A DNA stretch of 64,000 bases from positions 25,854,001 through 25,918,000 of the forward strand of contig OZ024758.1 of NCBI GenBank assembly GCA_964016885.1, in the 5' to 3' direction. The notes under the pieces are model-generated. The model was given only the letters and a program-made list of their open reading frames with translations. It did no database searches and had not been told where the DNA came from. The stretch is from Eledone cirrhosa (lineage: Eukaryota). This document shows positions 62,245 to 64,000 of the stretch, one piece after another (the stretch's first letter is position 1; each line of letters begins with the position of its first letter). A program made the position numbers and the translations under genes.

Positions 62245-62768
62245 ATTAGATTTTCCCCTCACTATCTATCTATTTTGTTTTAAAATTGTTACATTTTTTT
62301 TTGCTGGCCTTGTGCCTATATAAGAAGCAATATTAATATTGCAGGCACATGGCTTAGTGGTTAGAGCATTGGCCTTGCAATCGAAAGGTTGTGAGTTCAA
62401 TTCTCAGACCGGGTGATGTGTTGTTTCCTTGAGCAAGACACTTTATTTCACATTGCTCCAGTTTACTCAGCTGTAGAAATGAGATGATAGGGACCCCAGT
62501 CCCTATCATCTCATTTCTATTCAAATTAGATTTTCCCCTCACTATCTATCAATTTTGTTTTAAAATTGTTACATTTTTTTTTCATGTTACAATTTCTGGA
62601 AGCTTCTGTTAACTCAGCAAGAGGAAACCACCTGCTTGGTAAAACAAATGTACAAATGTTGACATAATAAAGATATTTTAAGTAACAGAATTAGTAAAAA
62701 CCAAAAAGTGAGTTACGTGACAGATGCAATAAATTAACACTTTAATATTCTACAAAATGGTAATCATT

Positions 62769-63105
62769 TCATCATCATTTCATTTTACGTCCGCTTTTTC
62801 CCTGTTTGCAAGGGTGGCACGGGAACTGATTCTGGCTTGATTTCTACAGCTGGATGCCCTTCCTAACACCAACCTCATTTACAGTGAGTGCTGGGTGCTT
62901 TTTTTGCTGTGGCACCTCCACGACCACTTTGCAGTGGAATGACAGGGACCCCAGTCCCTATCATCTCATTTCTACAGCTGAATAAACTGGAGCAATGTGA
63001 AATAAAGTGTCTTGCTGAAGGAAACAACACATCACCCGGTCTGAGAATTGAACTCACAACCTTTCGATTGCAAGGCCAATGCTCTAGCCACTAAGCCATG
63101 TGCCT
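62769..63105 (-). mobile_element. Family-A SINE, full length
   Basis: As the other copies. Confidence 0.9.
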
Positions 63106-63109
63106 GCAA

Positions 63110-63334
63110 TATTAATATTGCTTCTTATATAGGCACAAGGCCAGCAATTTTGGGGGAGGGGAAAGTCGATTAAATTGACCCTAGTGCGTGACTGGTACTT
63201 TATTTTATCAACCCCATAAGGATGAAAGGCAAAGTTAACCTCGGCAGGATTTGAACTCAGATCATAAAGGACCGTAACTCTATGCTGCAAAGCATGGCGT
63301 CCGGCCCTCTACCGGTACTGCCAATCCACCGCCC
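63110..63334 (-). mobile_element. Family-B SINE, full length
   Basis: Head GGGCGGTGGATTGGCAG on the minus strand. Confidence 0.85.
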
Positions 63335-63424
63335 TAAACCTCCAGTATTAATATTAACAGATATAATGGTTCCAATGAGGTTAAATGATCTCTTGAATTT
63401 TATTTATTATTAGTTTACATTCAA

Positions 63425-63643
63425 GGGCAGGGGATTTGCACAATCGGTAGAGCGTCGGACACCGTGCTTTGCAGCATAGAGCTGTGGCCCTTTACGTTCC
63501 GAGTTCAAATCACTCCAAGGTTAGCTTTGCCTTTCGTGCTTACATGGTTGATAAAATAAAGTACCAGTAATGCACTGGGGTCAATTTAATCAAGTTTCTC
63601 CTCCCTTAAAATTGTTGGCATTGTGCCTAAATCTGAAACAATT
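63425..63643 (+). mobile_element. Family-B SINE
   Basis: A and B boxes and the family-B body. Confidence 0.8.
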
Positions 63644-63720
63644 GTTAGTTTACATTCAGATTATATAATGTTGTTTAGTTCAAATTGGTGTTAAATATTT
63701 TTTTTATGTGATCATTATTA

Positions 63721-63917
63721 CTGTATATATTCAAATATAAGCCAAAGAATATGTAACAAAAAATTTATGGGGTCAGTAGAATGGGGTCGGCTTATATTTT
63801 GGGTCAATATTTTTCACAATTTTCACCAACTTCAAATTCTATGTAAATAAGGTTTGGATTTTTGCCCATTTCTTAGACATAAGATAGTGAGGTTTACTTA
63901 TATTTGAGTGTATATGG
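63721..63917. mobile_element. Tc1/mariner (Tc2/pogo-like) MITE
   Basis: TA-CTGTATATATTCAAATATAAG...CTTATATTTGAGTGTATATGG-TA. Confidence 0.7.
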
Positions 63918-64000
63918 TAAGTTTTTTTTTCCCCAATGCTTATATTGCTGGTGAGAGGGGCTTTATTTATATTGTTCAGTTTCTGTGTATCATATAACCC

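Overview
AT-rich, repeat-saturated eukaryotic DNA, most likely intronic or intergenic. The mix of RTE LINEs, tRNA-head SINEs with (GAT)n tails, and very long (TA/CA)n tracts suggests a coleoid cephalopod such as Octopus (inference). No intact, recognisable host protein-coding gene is present, and almost all long ORFs in the track are translations of micro- or minisatellites. Real coding remnants are two decayed RTE-clade LINEs (one APE+RT with a PHD-like C4HC3 finger, one with a twin-priming 5' inversion), several LINE 3' fragments and a CRE-like C-terminus. The window also holds several SINE families, piggyBac-, hAT- and Tc1/mariner-type MITEs, and many minisatellites that visibly grew out of transposon segments. 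The best signal is a set of short fold-back elements inserted in (TA)n tracts that carry type I hammerhead ribozyme motifs, resembling Penelope-like element termini or retrozymes. One ~255-nt family has a complete hammerhead, present solo at 3.0-3.3 kb and as a perfect 338-bp palindrome at 46.3-46.7 kb that puts a ribozyme on each strand. Weak splice-site and promoter evidence hints at a minus-strand host gene with small exons. All calls were made by eye and coordinates may be off by a few bases.
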